Shown here: positions 1 to 12,925 of the stretch, piece after piece
Position numbering within the stretch: the stretch's first letter is position 1
Layout of the letters: each line of letters begins with the position of its first letter
Source: Mizuhopecten yessoensis
Taxonomy: Eukaryota
Length of the DNA: 64,000 nt
Reading direction: 5' to 3'
NCBI RefSeq assembly: GCF_002113885.1
Contig: NW_018408705.1
Coordinates: 98,139-162,138, forward strand
Notes under the pieces: generated by a model
The model's input: only the letters and a program-made list of their open reading frames with translations
Databases searched by the model: none
Told to the model about the DNA's origin: nothing
Program-made: the position numbers and the translations under genes

Positions 1-971
1 TTTACAATAATTAACGTACCCAAGACCAGAAGGTTTTATGTCGGACGCATGGAAAACATAGGGAAAAAAAACAACCTAATTGACTGATTCACACATTATA
101 ATACTAGCCGAACGGACATTCCCTACAAACAATTAGGGAATGTTTATATAAATCACGCATTCAGAATGGTGGAAACTAGAATTTGTAGGAATTTGAAAGA
201 ATGAACAACGGAAGCGAATTTGACCGATTTCAATCAGGGGATCCAGCATGTGTGCCATTTGTGTCCAAATTACTGACTAACGCCCCACATACTGAACAAC
301 AAAACAATAATAAATGTGGGATAACTCAGGACGATGGCCATGATTTGGCAAGTTGTACATAGCTGTACCTATTTTGAATCAAACACATTTTCCTTTTTGT
401 TTGTTAGTTATATTTGCTCCAAACCATCCTCATGTTATCATTTAGAACTGTGGCGTCTTCCTAAATCTGAAAACATATCCTTGTGTTCATTTAATGCCTA
501 AAGAATGACAGTTTCGAACACGTACATTTCACAAGAAGTGTCTTTTAGGTGTCAATTACAAATATGTATTAAATACAATTTAACATTAACGACCTAGTTT
601 GTTTTGAACACAAAAACATCCTGTTTGTGTTCAACACAAACTTAGTCTTTATTATTCATACAAATGTACCAAACTGATGAATCTGATTCCGAACAATTCA
701 ACATTGCTTTTAATAATGTCATTGCGACTAATCGTTCATTGGCATAGATCACTAGTGTTCCTAGTTTGGCTAATGAAATGCATACATTGTAACAAATGAA
801 AGCGGTCATACACTTCTACAACACAGTGTTTTGACGCATCGTTTTTTTAGTGTTTTACCACGCAGTTATGGAAAGACATTAAATCATATCGTTTTCATAC
901 AAGGCATAATTTATGAGCGTTTATGTGTGTTTAGTAAAAACAAAAAACGCAATGCACAAAACATTCGCGTA

Positions 972-1030
972 CGACCACGACGAGACTCGAACTCGCAATC
1001 TTCCGATTCGAAGTCGGACGCCTTATCCAT
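972..1030 (-). pseudogene. 5'-truncated tRNA-Arg(TCG), lacking the first 14 nt
   Basis: Identical to 1502-1560, then jumps at CCATCCAT into a second copy of the ~528-bp unit. The 5' acceptor strand and part of the A box are lost. Confidence 0.92.
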
Positions 1031-1501
1031 CCATGACAGTTTCGAACACGTTCATTTCACAAGAAGTGTCTTTTAGGTGTCAATTACAAATTTGTATTAA
1101 ATACAATTTAATATTTACGACCTAGTTTGTTTTGAACACAAAAACATCCTGTTTGTTTTCAAAACAAACTTAGTCTTTATTATTCATACAAATGTAGAAA
1201 ACTGATCAATCTGATTCCGAACAATTCAACATTGCTTTTAATAATGTCATTGCGACTAATCGTTCATTGGCATAGATCACTAGTGTTCCTAATTTGGCTA
1301 ATGAAATGCATACATTGTAACAAATGAAAGCGGTCATACACTTCTACAACACAGTGTTTTGACGCATCGTTTTTTTAGTGTTTCAACACGTAGTTATGGG
1401 ATAAAACATTAAATCATATCGTTGTCATACAAGCCATAATTTATGCGCGTTTGTGTGTGTTTAGTAAAAACATAAAATGCAATGCACAAAACATTGGCGT
1501 A

Positions 1502-1574
1502 CGACCACGACGAGACTCGAACTCGCAATCTTCCGATTCGAAGTCGGACGCCTTATCCATTAGGCCACGCGGTC
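1502..1574 (-). tRNA. tRNA-Arg-TCG: tRNA-Arg, anticodon TCG
   Basis: Reverse complement GACCGCGTGGCCTAATGGATAAGGCGTCCGACTTCGAATCGGAAGATTGCGAGTTCGAGTCTCGTCGTGGTCG: 73-nt cloverleaf, anticodon stem TCCGA/TCGGA, A and B boxes, TTTT terminator ~10 nt downstream. Confidence 0.97.
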
Positions 1575-2085
1575 TATACTATATAACCATAATGTTTGAT
1601 TTTGATTGATATCTAATGGGTTAGAATAAATAAAATTCATATTGGTCTATCTTTAAAATCCCAGAAGAAACTCTTGCCAATTACATATTGTAATACTGTT
1701 ATATACTTACAATAATAAACATACCCCAGACCAAAAGGTTTTATGTCGGACGCATGGAAAACATTGAAAAAATACAACTTAATTGACTTATACACATATA
1801 ATAATACTAGCCAAACGGACTTTCCCTACAAACAATTAGGGAATGTGTATATAAAACACGCATTCAGAATGGTGGAAACTAGAATTTGTAGGAATTTGAA
1901 AGAATGAACAACGGAAGCGAATTTGACCGATTTCAATTAGGTGATCTAGCATGTGTGCCATTTGTGTCCAAATTACTGACTAACGCCCCACATACTGAAC
2001 AACAAAACAATAATAAATGTGGGATAACTCAGACGGACTTTTTGACTTTTTGATAGCTGAAAACATTTCTAGATGTTTGTATGTA

Positions 2086-2792
2086 TTTTTAGGTCACCTG
2101 AGCTTTAGCTCAAGTGACCTATTGCTATCCGTCTTCGTCCGTCGTCGTCCGTCGTCCGTTAACATTTTACATTTTCAACTTAAGCTGAAATACTGGCGAA
2201 GGGATTTCATTGATACTTCATTGGGATATTACTGACATCTCCCTGACGAAGTGTTGTTATATTTTGAGTCGATTAGAAATCCAATATGGCCACCAAGGCT
2301 ATCATTTTGAAAAACTATTTCAAACTTAAAGTCAAGTTCTGCTGGGCCTATTGAACTGAGACTTGGTAGGAATAATCATCTCATGTTCCTGACAAAGTGT
2401 TGTTATTTTTCGGGTCGATCAGAAATCCAATATGTCTGCCACGGCCGCCATTTCGAAGAACTATTCAAAATTAAAATCAAGTTTTACCGGGCCGATTAAA
2501 CTGTAACTTGATAGGAATAATCGACTCATGGTCTTGACAAAGTGTTGTTATTTTTCGGGTCGATCAGAAATCCAATATGGCCGCCATTTTGAAAAACTAT
2601 TTCAAACTTAAAATCTAGCTCTAATTGGCCGATATAACTGGTACTCGGTCTAGGAATGATCCGCTCTTGGTCCTGTCAAACATAAGTTAACGTTATACTT
2701 AACTATTTTTTTACTCGAATTGGTACATATTTCAACAACAAAAATAAATATTGTAGGACTCAGGTGACCCTTAAGGCCCATGGACCTCTTGT
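2086..2792 (+). mobile_element. Non-autonomous Helentron-associated element (HINE/pearl-like)
   Basis: T-run, then 5' subTIR AGGTCACCTGAG with partner CTCAAGTGACCT; GTCC-type microsatellite; three ~146-bp internal repeats (2244, 2390, 2535); 3' subTIR CTCAGGTGACC and a short 3' hairpin ending CTCTTGT. Confidence 0.85.
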
Positions 2793-3156
2793 ATAGAGAA
2801 ACGATTGAAAATTTGAAAAGGTACATCATATACAACTTCTTTTTTTATTTTTTCTATGAGTCAATCATAAAAAAGACCCAAGAATAAATACAATGTAACA
2901 TTGTTTTTAATAAGGTCATTGGGACTTACAATTGTATTGCATGTGGTCACCAGTGTTCGCAGTTTGAATAGTGAAAAGCTTCCATTGCTATCAATGAAGG
3001 CGGTTACAAATTTGCACATCACAGTGTAAAACGTTAAAATATCATTTTCAGTGTTAAGTAATTAACTAGCGGAATTCGTTGAAAATTTCAACATAATGGT
3101 TATGAATCATCGGGTATAATTTAAACATAAAATGAAATGAAAAAAATAATGGTATA

Positions 3157-3229
3157 CGACCACGACGAGACTCGAACTCGCAATCTTCCGATTCGAAGTC
3201 GGACGCCTTATCCATTAGGCCACGCGGTC
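3157..3229 (-). tRNA. tRNA-Arg-TCG: tRNA-Arg, anticodon TCG
   Basis: Identical to the 1502-1574 gene; a poly-T terminator follows on the minus strand. Confidence 0.97.
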
Positions 3230-3480
3230 TATATCCTATACAAAAAATATTTAAATTTAATTTACATCTAGCATCTTTAAACTCTATTGCGAAATCCTTG
3301 TCAATCACATATTTTTCACTTTAATACGTGTAAAAACTTACCTTTGTTAAGATACTGATAACTGGTTTTGCTCTTGTGTGTTTGATGTCATAGGTTTATA
3401 TATATTGTATTTGCATCAGTGTATGTCTTTATGTATGTACATGGCATTGGCAATTTTTTGCTTAATATCTGCTTATGTGT

Positions 3481-3612
3481 TAATAATAATATCTTATATG
3501 ATGATGATGTCTGATGATGATGATGTCAGATAATGATGTCAGATGATAATGAGGATAGTGTCACTAATAATATCTTATATGATGATGATAATGTCAGATG
3601 ATGATGATGATC
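3481..3612. repeat. Imperfect (GAT)n microsatellite with a short internal duplication
   Basis: GATGATGAT runs; TAATAATATCTTATATGATGATGAT occurs twice. Confidence 0.8.
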
Positions 3613-3904
3613 TTTGTATAATATGTATGAACAATCATGTACTTAGGAACAATGTCATATATGTTTTGTCTTGTCTTGTAAAAAATGAAAAAATAATTAA
3701 AAAAAAATAAAATTAAAAAAATACTGATAACAGTAAACTTAAGGATCCAGGGTCAATACTATATATGTAACTACGCATGGACAAAATGCCCTCCCTCAGC
3801 ATTACGACAGTTTTTATAATCAATTCTGAAAACAAAACCATAACTTGGATGATTTTAATGGAAAATAATAAGGTGAAATAAACAAAATATAATCAATAAC
3901 AGTG

Positions 3905-3992
3905 CTCTCGGTGTAACAATCAGCCGGGCACGACGAGGATTCGAACCCTGGACCTCAGATTGTTATGCGTGACGCAAACCCACTGAGGTACA
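3905..3992 (-). mobile_element. tRNA-like element (SINE head or tRNA pseudogene)
   Basis: Minus strand has A-box-like TACCTCAGTGGG and B box GGTTCGAATCC at tRNA spacing, but the acceptor and anticodon stems do not pair well. Confidence 0.55.
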
Positions 3993-4146
3993 AATGTATA
4001 TGGTCAACGGTGTTTAAATACATCAATTGTCAGTAATAAACGCTTGCTGACGGAACAAATTATAGATTTTCTTGTGATATCATGTATATGATCATTTGTG
4101 TATGATTAGTAAAACAAAATATGAAACTATAAAAAATAATGTCGTA

Positions 4147-4198
4147 CGACCACGACGAGACTCGAACTCGGACGCCTTATCCATTAGGCCACGCGGTC
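4147..4198 (-). pseudogene. tRNA-Arg(TCG) copy with a 21-nt deletion of most of the anticodon arm and the variable loop
   Basis: Identical to the intact gene except for loss of CAATCTTCCGATTCGAAGTCG between TCG microhomologies. Confidence 0.92.
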
Positions 4199-4223
4199 CA
4201 CATCATTGAACTATATTATTACA

Positions 4224-5219
4224 TTTATACCCCCGCTTCGACGAATTCGGGGGTATAGTGTTTGCTTCGTCTGTCCGTCCGTCCGTCCGTCCGTCCGTCC
4301 GAAAGGTTTCCGGAGCATATATCTCCCGTATTATTTTACCTACGGTTATGAATCCTGGTTTGTGTGTACATGCATGGAAGGCGGTGTGTTGCGTACCATA
4401 ATATATGTAGCCCACTGTGACCTTTACCGTGACCTCTGACCTACATAATGTCGTCAGAAAGGTTTTCGGAGCATATCTCCCGTATTATTTTACCTACGGT
4501 TATGAATCTTGGTTTGTGTGTACATGCATGGAAGGCGGTGTGTTGCGTACCATAATATATGTAGGCCACTGTGACCTTTACCGTGACCTCTGAACTACAT
4601 AATGTCGTCAGAAAGGTTTCCGGAGCATATCTCCCGTATTATTTCACCTAAGATTATGAATCTTGGTTTGTGTGTACATGCATGGAAGGCGGTGTGTTGC
4701 GTACGATATGTAGGTCACTGTGACCTTTACCGTGACCTCTGACCTACATAATGTCGTCAGAAAGATTTCCGGATCATATCCCCGGTACTATTTCACCTAC
4801 GGTAATGAATCTTGGTTTGTGGGTACATGCATGGAAGGCGGTGTGTTGCGTACCATATGTAGGTCACCGTGACCTCTACTGTGACCTTTGACCTACGTAA
4901 CGTGAGACTTAGCGTCTGAAAGGTTTGCAAAGTTTGCGGAGCACATCTCCTGCTTGGTGGTTACTGCGACCTTCAACCTATCTTCTTTGACTACCAGAAT
5001 GACCCTCATCTTTTTCATATTCATGTGCTAAATACATGGGCATGCATATACAATGTACTACGTAACGTTGTCATGTATCAAACTACCTTCAGTGTAAATA
5101 CTTGCAGCATATAAACTCTTCACTTGATTCTTCCAATCAACACGCCTATTACTCCCACCAATTCCTGATCAATCAAAGCGGGGGTATTCACGAAGGCCCC
5201 CTTCGAGTTACATCTAGTT
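4224..5219 (+). mobile_element. HINE (non-autonomous Helentron) with ~155-bp internal tandem repeats
   Basis: 5' subTIR ATACCCCCGCTT with hairpin partner CGGGGGTAT; (GTCC)n at ~4272-4300; about four units starting 4301, 4457, 4611, 4760; 3' subTIR AAGCGGGGGTAT, hairpin CGAAGG..CCTTCG and CTAGTT end. It interrupts the 5' flank of the tRNA unit. Confidence 0.88.
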
Positions 5220-8200
5220 TGACTTTGATTTATATCTAGTGTGTTAGAATAAATAATATTCATATTATAACGTCTTTAAATTCCCAGATGAAATCCTTGT
5301 TAGCAAAATATTTTTCTATAAAATGTATTAAACTTACATTAATATATACAGTGCTCCAAAATGGCTTCATACCGTTCGCAAGTAAATTATCAATACAAAA
5401 GTGAGAACAACCTAGGGAGCTCCCTGCCCCTTCCAATTATATGATATATAAAGGTTATTGTAACGGTCAATTTCCGGCAGAACTATACCTTTGATAAAAG
5501 GCAGCTAATTTATTAGCTTAATTTATGCCTTGAAAAACTCAAAGAATCCTTTTGATCTCATTTTATGATAATACTCCCATATTAAATTTGTTTGAATGAT
5601 TTTATTATAATAACTTATTTTAGAATGTAAGCATTTCAAATTCATTTTTTTTTATATAACTGGATGAGAAACGTTTCCTCTAATTTGTTTGGTCAATCCA
5701 TATCAGGAAACAATCTTGACCCGCATGCGCACTTTGTAGCGTCACTTCTAGCTTAAGCAGAAAAAGGTTTGCGTTCAGCCTCCACGAGAGAACTTTATAT
5801 ATCTTTTATTTAAGCAGTTAAAGGGATCAATTTCAAACCACCCTCTTTCCACCCTTCTAAAAAATGTTTCTTCATTTTGGTTTGTACTACAATTTTAATT
5901 TACATAATATCTACTTTACGGGTTAAGCGGATTTTTACAACCCCACTATGCATGGCTAAAGGTCATAATTATATAATTAGCAAAACATTGTGTATTGATG
6001 TAATCTAGGTTATGTAAGTTAACTTGTGATCAAATGGTACTTCGGTGGCCATTTTCAACTTCAATTTGCTGTTGTGTTATCTTTGAGTTGAAGGAGCATA
6101 AAGTATAAATAAAACCACTTGTGACGGTTGAACAGGGATGATAAAGTAGCTATGTGGGAAACTCTGTGTTCATATGAGTGTAAATTTATACAATGTTGAT
6201 AGTTAACGAATTGTTTACCGATACAAGACATATTTGTCACACCTGTGCAATCCCGTTCAATGTGTTCATCTGTTCGATGCTTTCTGCACAAATAACCATA
6301 TGTAATTATTTCATTTTAAATCCTATGTCTAAATTAAGTGCCAACATTCTAAAGTTCTTTAAATTCTTTTGTATTACATATTTATTATAACCATAATACA
6401 CAAACAGAGCGATTGTATGTACATGTTATCACATATGTACAAAACATGTAATTGATCAATAAATGCTTAGTTTGTTTTGAACACACACAGGAATTGAAAC
6501 GTTATTTTGCGAGCTTTCGAAAACGTCTGTATCCGGACTGCAAATGACCGGTGTCTCGCGATCGACTCTTAACCGCTGAAAACAACTCACTAAGACATAG
6601 TGTGCCAAATCAGTAAAGTCAGCTGTCAAAAACTCAGAGACACATCGCCCAATAGTTATTGAATTACTTTTCCTCTGTAATAACGAAAATATCTCTTGTA
6701 GGTAATTATTTCGTTAAAGGGTAGTGCTTTTTGTTGAAATGGAAAAGTTTATCATTTCTCTTAAACGTGTTAAATATGTTCAGAAAATATTACCAAGTCG
6801 ATTTGTAATCATTTTATATAGTTATACAAAGATTTATCCAGTACCAAAATTAAAATTTAAGCATTTTAAACCTATATATCGAGGAAGTTCAACATCGACA
6901 TGCCACGTTTGGATAGCTAGTCGGTACAAACTCAATTATTTTCAAATAAATTGAACACCACAATTGCATAAGACATTTCATGAAATTAATTCGGGGAAAA
7001 AGTAAAACGTACAAGTACCTGTACATGGATAGTTGCCCTATGTTACTTTACCTGTGACAAAACAGTCAGTGGTTTCCAGCTGACCGAGTTTGTGTCAACA
7101 CAGGTCAGGACTATTCAATGGTAAAACATCAAGTTAAACGCCATTCGCTTCCTGTTTAGGACTCCTTTGATGGTTTGTATTGATTGGTTAAGAACAAAGA
7201 ACTTTATGTAGATTTCCGACAGTCCAAATGTCAATGTCAATTTCAGTAACAGCACTGGGCCTCGTAAACAGTGCACAGTACCATAGATACCAGGCAATGC
7301 TTTTTGTTTTTTGTTGAATGTACATTAGTAAATTGTAGGTTTTTGGACTTCTTTGTTTAATTACTGTTGTAATCGATCACACATGTACCAACATCCGATG
7401 TCCATGTCTTTGATAAAACACTTACTGATGGCTTCCTCTCTCTGATGACATTTTATCGCCATTTCTTCATAGAATGCCACCATGTTAGATATCTACGTCA
7501 TTACAACTGTTGCTACCTATTATGTACAGATCAAGTAATTCTCACTACAAATCAATGTTTTATTACCGTTGTTCTTGAAGATTGTTTTGAGTTTTGTTTT
7601 CTTCATGATCTTCTTTTTAACAAATGTACATTTACTAACTGTTATTTCATAGTAGAATTAGATAACAGAAAAAAATGAGTAAATCTTCATTTATTCAAAA
7701 TTATTTACATAATGGTGAGTTGCATAAAAATATCAAAGATGATATAAGCGATTGCTCGATTGAAGACTTCTTTGCCTCAAAATCCCTTTACGCCAATGTT
7801 TCAACATTTTCAAGTAACATAGTACATGGATATAACTTTGACATACGAGCCAATGGAATGCGCTGACAGCAATATGCGCCATAGATTTGTTTTCTGACGG
7901 CTGCTTGATAGCAGAACATGGTGAAGACGCCAACACAGTTTCTACACTTAATACGTAGAATTTGGCAGCAAAAACTACGAATGGCAGAATTTGATTTTAA
8001 TTCTTTTTGTTTTATTTGGATTACGGACATAAATCGTCTTTGACATGCAATTCGGGAAACAAATTGTACATATAGTATGATCAAATCTAGCCTGATGCAA
8101 TCTTTTTCTCGTTATATAGAGTATGTAGTCTTAAGCAATGTCTACAATACAACCGAGTCAATGTATTTGTTCAGACGGAGAGTACAAATGTTTATTTAAT

Positions 8201-8438
8201 TCACAATTATATATTTGTGGAGAAAGTTCAATGTTATATTAGTAGAGAAGATTGTGTATTATGTTTGTATAGTAGGAATTGATGCATATTTCGAGATGTT
8301 GTACAAGTATTTGTATATTGTGATGTTTATTCTATATATGTAGGTTTAACTTCGAAACGAAATACGGTGGTGCCATCATAAAATGCCTGACTGGTTAAAA
8401 GTGAATTATTTCACTTCACTGATAAAATATTTGAATTG

Positions 8439-8767
8439 GTTGGGTTAGGTTTGGTTATATTTTGTTTAACGTCCTTTTAGCAGCTAAGGTCATTTAAGGA
8501 CGTGCCTCCATGTGTGTAGTGTATGCGTGCTTGCGTGTGTTTGTGCAGGAGACAGGATATGTTGGTGAGCTTGCCTCCTTGTGATACAGCGGATCTGATG
8601 CCGACTTTATAGTGCTATCTCACTGAAATGCCATGCCGAAGGCACCAAGCACAGCATTTAGCCCGGTCACATTATACTGACCAAGAGTGAACCAGTTGTT
8701 GCCATTCCTCTAAATGCTGAACGGTAAGCAGGGAATAACAACTACCCTTGTTTAGGACATGGGTATG
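8439..8767 (-). mobile_element. 5'-truncated Meta/MESC-type SINE
   Basis: Tail TTTGTTTAACGTCC..AGCTAAGGTCATTTAAGGACG and central TTTATAGTGCTA.CTCACTGAAA..CCCGGTCACATTATACTGAC, shared with the copies at 48.3 and 56.4 kb. TSD TTTGAATTG at 8430-8438 and 8768-8776. Confidence 0.85.
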
Positions 8768-9764
8768 TTTGAATTGTCATCATAATTAACCTAGCGTGAA
8801 TTTCCAGCCGTTCATTACGTTTCTTATATGTTAAAGTTGAGTATCAAGCTTTACGAAAAGAAACTAAACAGTCAAAAACATCACGTGTACAACACCCAAT
8901 CCATGTACAATCCTTACACACACTGCCATCTTACCCTTCGGAAGTCAGCAAATAAAATACTTCAACACTTTCTAATGTTAAGATTGTTTGTTGTCAATCG
9001 TTCATCATGTGTTTATGTAAATATGATATAAACATTGATAAGTAAACCATATGCGGAGATACACATATGGTACTGCACTCTACCGAATTTAGTTCGTCAG
9101 TTGTTGAAAAAAAACCTCAAACGTTGGCATGGTGGCTCCCTTTTAAGTTGCTGGTACAGGTGCAACGCATTATCCCATGCTATGTGCATCAAACAGTTGA
9201 TATAATCTACTGTTACATTAATATAAATAATAATTGAATAATTAAAACTTTATTTCATGAGGATAAAAGAACCTGTTTAGCCGAGGCTAATCTACCACAG
9301 GGTCCTCATACATTCGCATTGGTATTAAAAAAGACTTTGTTATATCTATAAGTTAAAACCCCACCTAAAACAATATTGGCGTTATGAAATTAAATTTTAC
9401 CCCGAAGTTAAATCGTGTGAAGTTTGATAATCCGACAATGGTGCCCAAAGGTCGGGAAAATGACGCAATTCTTTCATTTTCAAACATTTATTTATTAGAT
9501 TACATCCACTTTATGATTTTAACATCGATTTAATACAAATAGTTCGTGAAGTATGATTATTTAACATTTTAAGCTGCTAAGATATTTACGTTTCATGAAA
9601 AGTTGGTCCTGAGGGATCGCGAAAACCTAGGAGAGAGCCGGTATGAATTGTCTGCAGAATAATTGTTTCCATATTTGTATGCACACACCGAATCTGTATG
9701 AGTCGTGGCTACTGAAAGCTAACTTAAAATTAAATATCAACAGAGAAATCGCAAAAAAATTATT

Positions 9765-10088
9765 TGAGATATCTTTAAATCTAATATAGATATCAATAAA
9801 AGAAATAGAAATGTATCTGTAAAGGAGTATGGAAATAAAGATGTCTTTCAGTTCAATAGAGATTTATTAAATAAATGTCATGTTATGGAAATAAAAAAAA
9901 TATTTCTAAAAACAAATACACAAATCTTTTGATAAATTACATGTATCTCTTACTTAATTTAAGATAGTTGCTATTGAATTATAACCATCTTAAAAAGTAA
10001 TAGATATACATGTATCTTATGTTATGAGAATGATATTGGATATCGCTATTGTTTATAGGATATCTCCTAAATCAATAAAGATGTCTAT
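9765..10088. repeat. Degenerate AT-rich short tandem repeat (AGATATCT-containing unit, ~22 bp)
   Basis: Recurring GAGATATCTTTAAAT/AGATGTCT/GGATATCT motifs. Confidence 0.5.
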
Positions 10089-10089
10089 T

Positions 10090-10179
10090 TTTGTGGCGGG
10101 CGAGTGATACAATGTATGTCGTTTACCTCGAAATAAAACAGGCTCTGCTCGCACAGGGTCGTATATCCTGTTAACGATG
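10090..10179 (+). pseudogene. Decayed tRNA-Ser(CGA) copy
   Basis: GTGGCGGGCGAGTG..CGTTTACCTCGAAATAAAACAGGCTCTGCTCGCACAGGGTCGTATATCCTGTTAACGATG aligns along the full length of the gene at 10865, with substitutions and small insertions. Confidence 0.8.
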
Positions 10180-10864
10180 ATTATTTCTGTAATGTGAATT
10201 CATATATGCGATTTTCACTTACGATTTTTACATGTTTACAGTGGGTCAATAAACACCTCATTTACAATTAGTAACTTATTTTCGCACCTTATCAGAAGCA
10301 GATCAGGCTTATAAACAAACCCCACAAGATACAGTTTTCTATATTCAATAAGTGCGCTAAGATTTGAGTTTCCTGACGTCACACGCTTGTCTGGCACCCG
10401 ACAGCTTCTTTTGTAATATGCCTGACTTGACAGGGAAATATTTTTCAAATATCTTGTACATTTGTAATATATTACACTTCTATGTTTCGGATGCAAATAA
10501 ATGTTAATACTAAAAAATGGTATTGCCATTGCCTTGACTTATAGAAGATGAAATATTTCCCGAAATAGGGAACAATGATTAAGAGAAGTTAATAGCGAGA
10601 CGAAATACTACTGTATACACATTCTACGCCAATACACACCTATACTACACTTAATGTAAACACACGTAGATATAATATCGTATCAGCAGAAACACAGTAC
10701 GCTGTGTACATGTATACGTGATAGACAATCAGCTGATCATGGCCTATTTTACTGATGCACTCCAAATATTGAACTTTTCCAACCTTTCTTACCTCCTATA
10801 TAGCTTTTATGTTTGAATTATATGAAACTATTGCTAAGAAAACTAATCTGAACTGAGATGTACG

Positions 10865-10946
10865 GTCGTGGTGGCCGAGTGGTTAAGGCGTTTGACTCGA
10901 AATCAAATGGGCTCTGCCCGCACAGGTTCGAATCCTGTCCACGACG
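10865..10946 (+). tRNA. tRNA-Ser-CGA: tRNA-Ser, anticodon CGA
   Basis: 82-nt cloverleaf: GTCGTGG/CCACGAC acceptor, TTTGA-CT-CGA-AA-TCAAA anticodon arm, long variable arm GGGC/GCCC, B box GGTTCGAATCC, discriminator G, T-run downstream. Confidence 0.97.
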
Positions 10947-12925
10947 TTTACTTTTGTTCCATATTTGCATATTTAGGTTATCAAACAATTTATAAGAACC
11001 CCTGTCATACGTTAGGAAAAACACTAAAGAACTCCACTGTAGTATTTTTTTTTACTGTATATGGAGTTAACTCCCATTAATTTCGTTTTTAAGTGTGTAA
11101 CCATATAGTGCGACTTGGCCAGGATACTTCCGTTGATAGGATAGCTCAGTCGTCAAAAACGAAGATCAGATATAATGAAAGGTGCATGTTTACGTTTTCA
11201 CTTGTTTTCCTCCAGTGAGTTCAAAATTTAGAAGGGTCAGAAAAAAACTCGGTCAAATTAATTAATCATTCATCTTGTTTGCTTCCCGTTGAGTCTCACA
11301 GTATGGATTTTGTAAGGATGTGTTTTATAGCTAGAATAATTTCTATTATTGGGATTGGGCGGAAGAAGACCGTCGTGTGTCCAGGAAAGCACGCCTCACG
11401 CGCTACGACTTCCGGTGTCCATTCATAGAGAAGCGTTGGTGGATAACTCCGAGGATTTACGACTTCGTTACAGGCATGACAGGACGGGCCTAACAGGATG
11501 ACGACTGTGAAGTCTGACCCGCTAAATGATTTATCGTAATTGGAGAGGAAACGTAAAATTTATTTAACCAATGGACTTCACAAAAGCCTCCGTCAGTTGC
11601 ATGCAAACAGTTACAAAAACAAAGGTATTCGTGTGAAGAAGAAATGCCGAAGGTCACATGACGACGAGGTTTATGGTATAAACAATTTCCTAGAGTTTGT
11701 ATTTATGTATATGTTAAAACAAATTCACTGCTATAGAATGGCACTTTAAGCTACATGTAATAGTTTACCTATCATCTCATGATAACATAGAGTAAAATTC
11801 ATAAATAGTGCACGGCTGCTTCCGGTGAAGACCTGTATGGAGGCGACGTCATGGATTACAGATATGCGTTTATACCTTCACTTTTACTCTCATTTTTGCT
11901 CCCATATATTCTACTGTATTTGCTTACTTACAGTAGAAAAAAACTACAATGCAGTAAATATGTTCTCCATATCGTATATAAATCACAGTTTTATTCTTCA
12001 GATGTCGAGGATAAATTTAGAAGATAGTGTGATTATTGTAAGTGACGTTGAGTACTACATCTTCGTCCAAACGCCGGCTATAGGCTGCCTACAATAGAGT
12101 AGGTCCGTTTGGACCTTTACCTTACATCCCATCCATCATATAGACACGCTCGGTAGGACATCAGCATACCGGGAAACGAGGAACAATTCTTAATACTCGG
12201 GTCTGGTAGAATAGCTGTTTTCATTTTTGAAAGCAGTGGCAGATTTATGAGGTGAAGGACTTTTTGTGCTTCAGGAAAGTTGTCAGCATTGGACTTTTTT
12301 GTTAAAGCCACGCCTTTAAAAACATCTTTCAGCCCCCCTCCCCTCTTCTCAATCGCAACACACTCTATCCCAAGACGTTTACCCCCTTCCCTCCCCCTCC
12401 CTGAATTTTCTGTCTATGGATCTGCCACCGTTTTCAGGAAAATAAAACTAAATGATTTCCTAATTCTCAAAACTGTACAATATTGCACTCAGTTCAAATT
12501 GGTAATAAAATTCACAGTATATTTTTATATGGTCACTGTATTAACATATAGGTGATAAAATATTAAATTATATATCTGTGATGACAGTTCCGGTATCGTG
12601 ATTTTTACATGTTTTATCGCTATATAATATAGACATGACGGTGTGTGTCTCTATCCCGATAAGATTGGTATCTTATGTAGGATCAGAATGATGGTCCTGA
12701 TCGACACGATGTAGGTACCATAATGTGTCTATCGATCCAGTTACCACTGCTGACTGCAACAGTTTGTTACATGTGTCCGTTATCAAGTCTTCGAAGTCTC
12801 CATACAATTCTACAATTCCTACACAAGTAAATACTCTGTAGAATAAGTACATGTATACAATAAACAAAATAAACGAAATAATGAAAATAATAATGAATGA
12901 ATAAATGAAATGAAATAGAAATATA

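Larger units (their letters stand above)
1..5310. repeat. Tandem array of tRNA-Arg(TCG)-bearing units, variably diverged and interrupted by insertions
   Basis: 1-330 matches ~1707-2033; 505-1030 matches 1033-1560; ~700-830 has a diverged copy at ~2895-3030; the tRNA 5' flank at ~1594-1680 recurs at ~5218-5300. Confidence 0.9.

Noticed and set aside
831-1125. ORFs overlapping tRNA genes (also 3066-3308, 10818-11080)
   Set aside because: Incidental frames through GC-richer tRNA sequence.
1502-1574. A rather than G at position 37 of tRNA-Arg(TCG)
   Set aside because: To my recollection this variant occurs in other invertebrates, and all stems pair normally.
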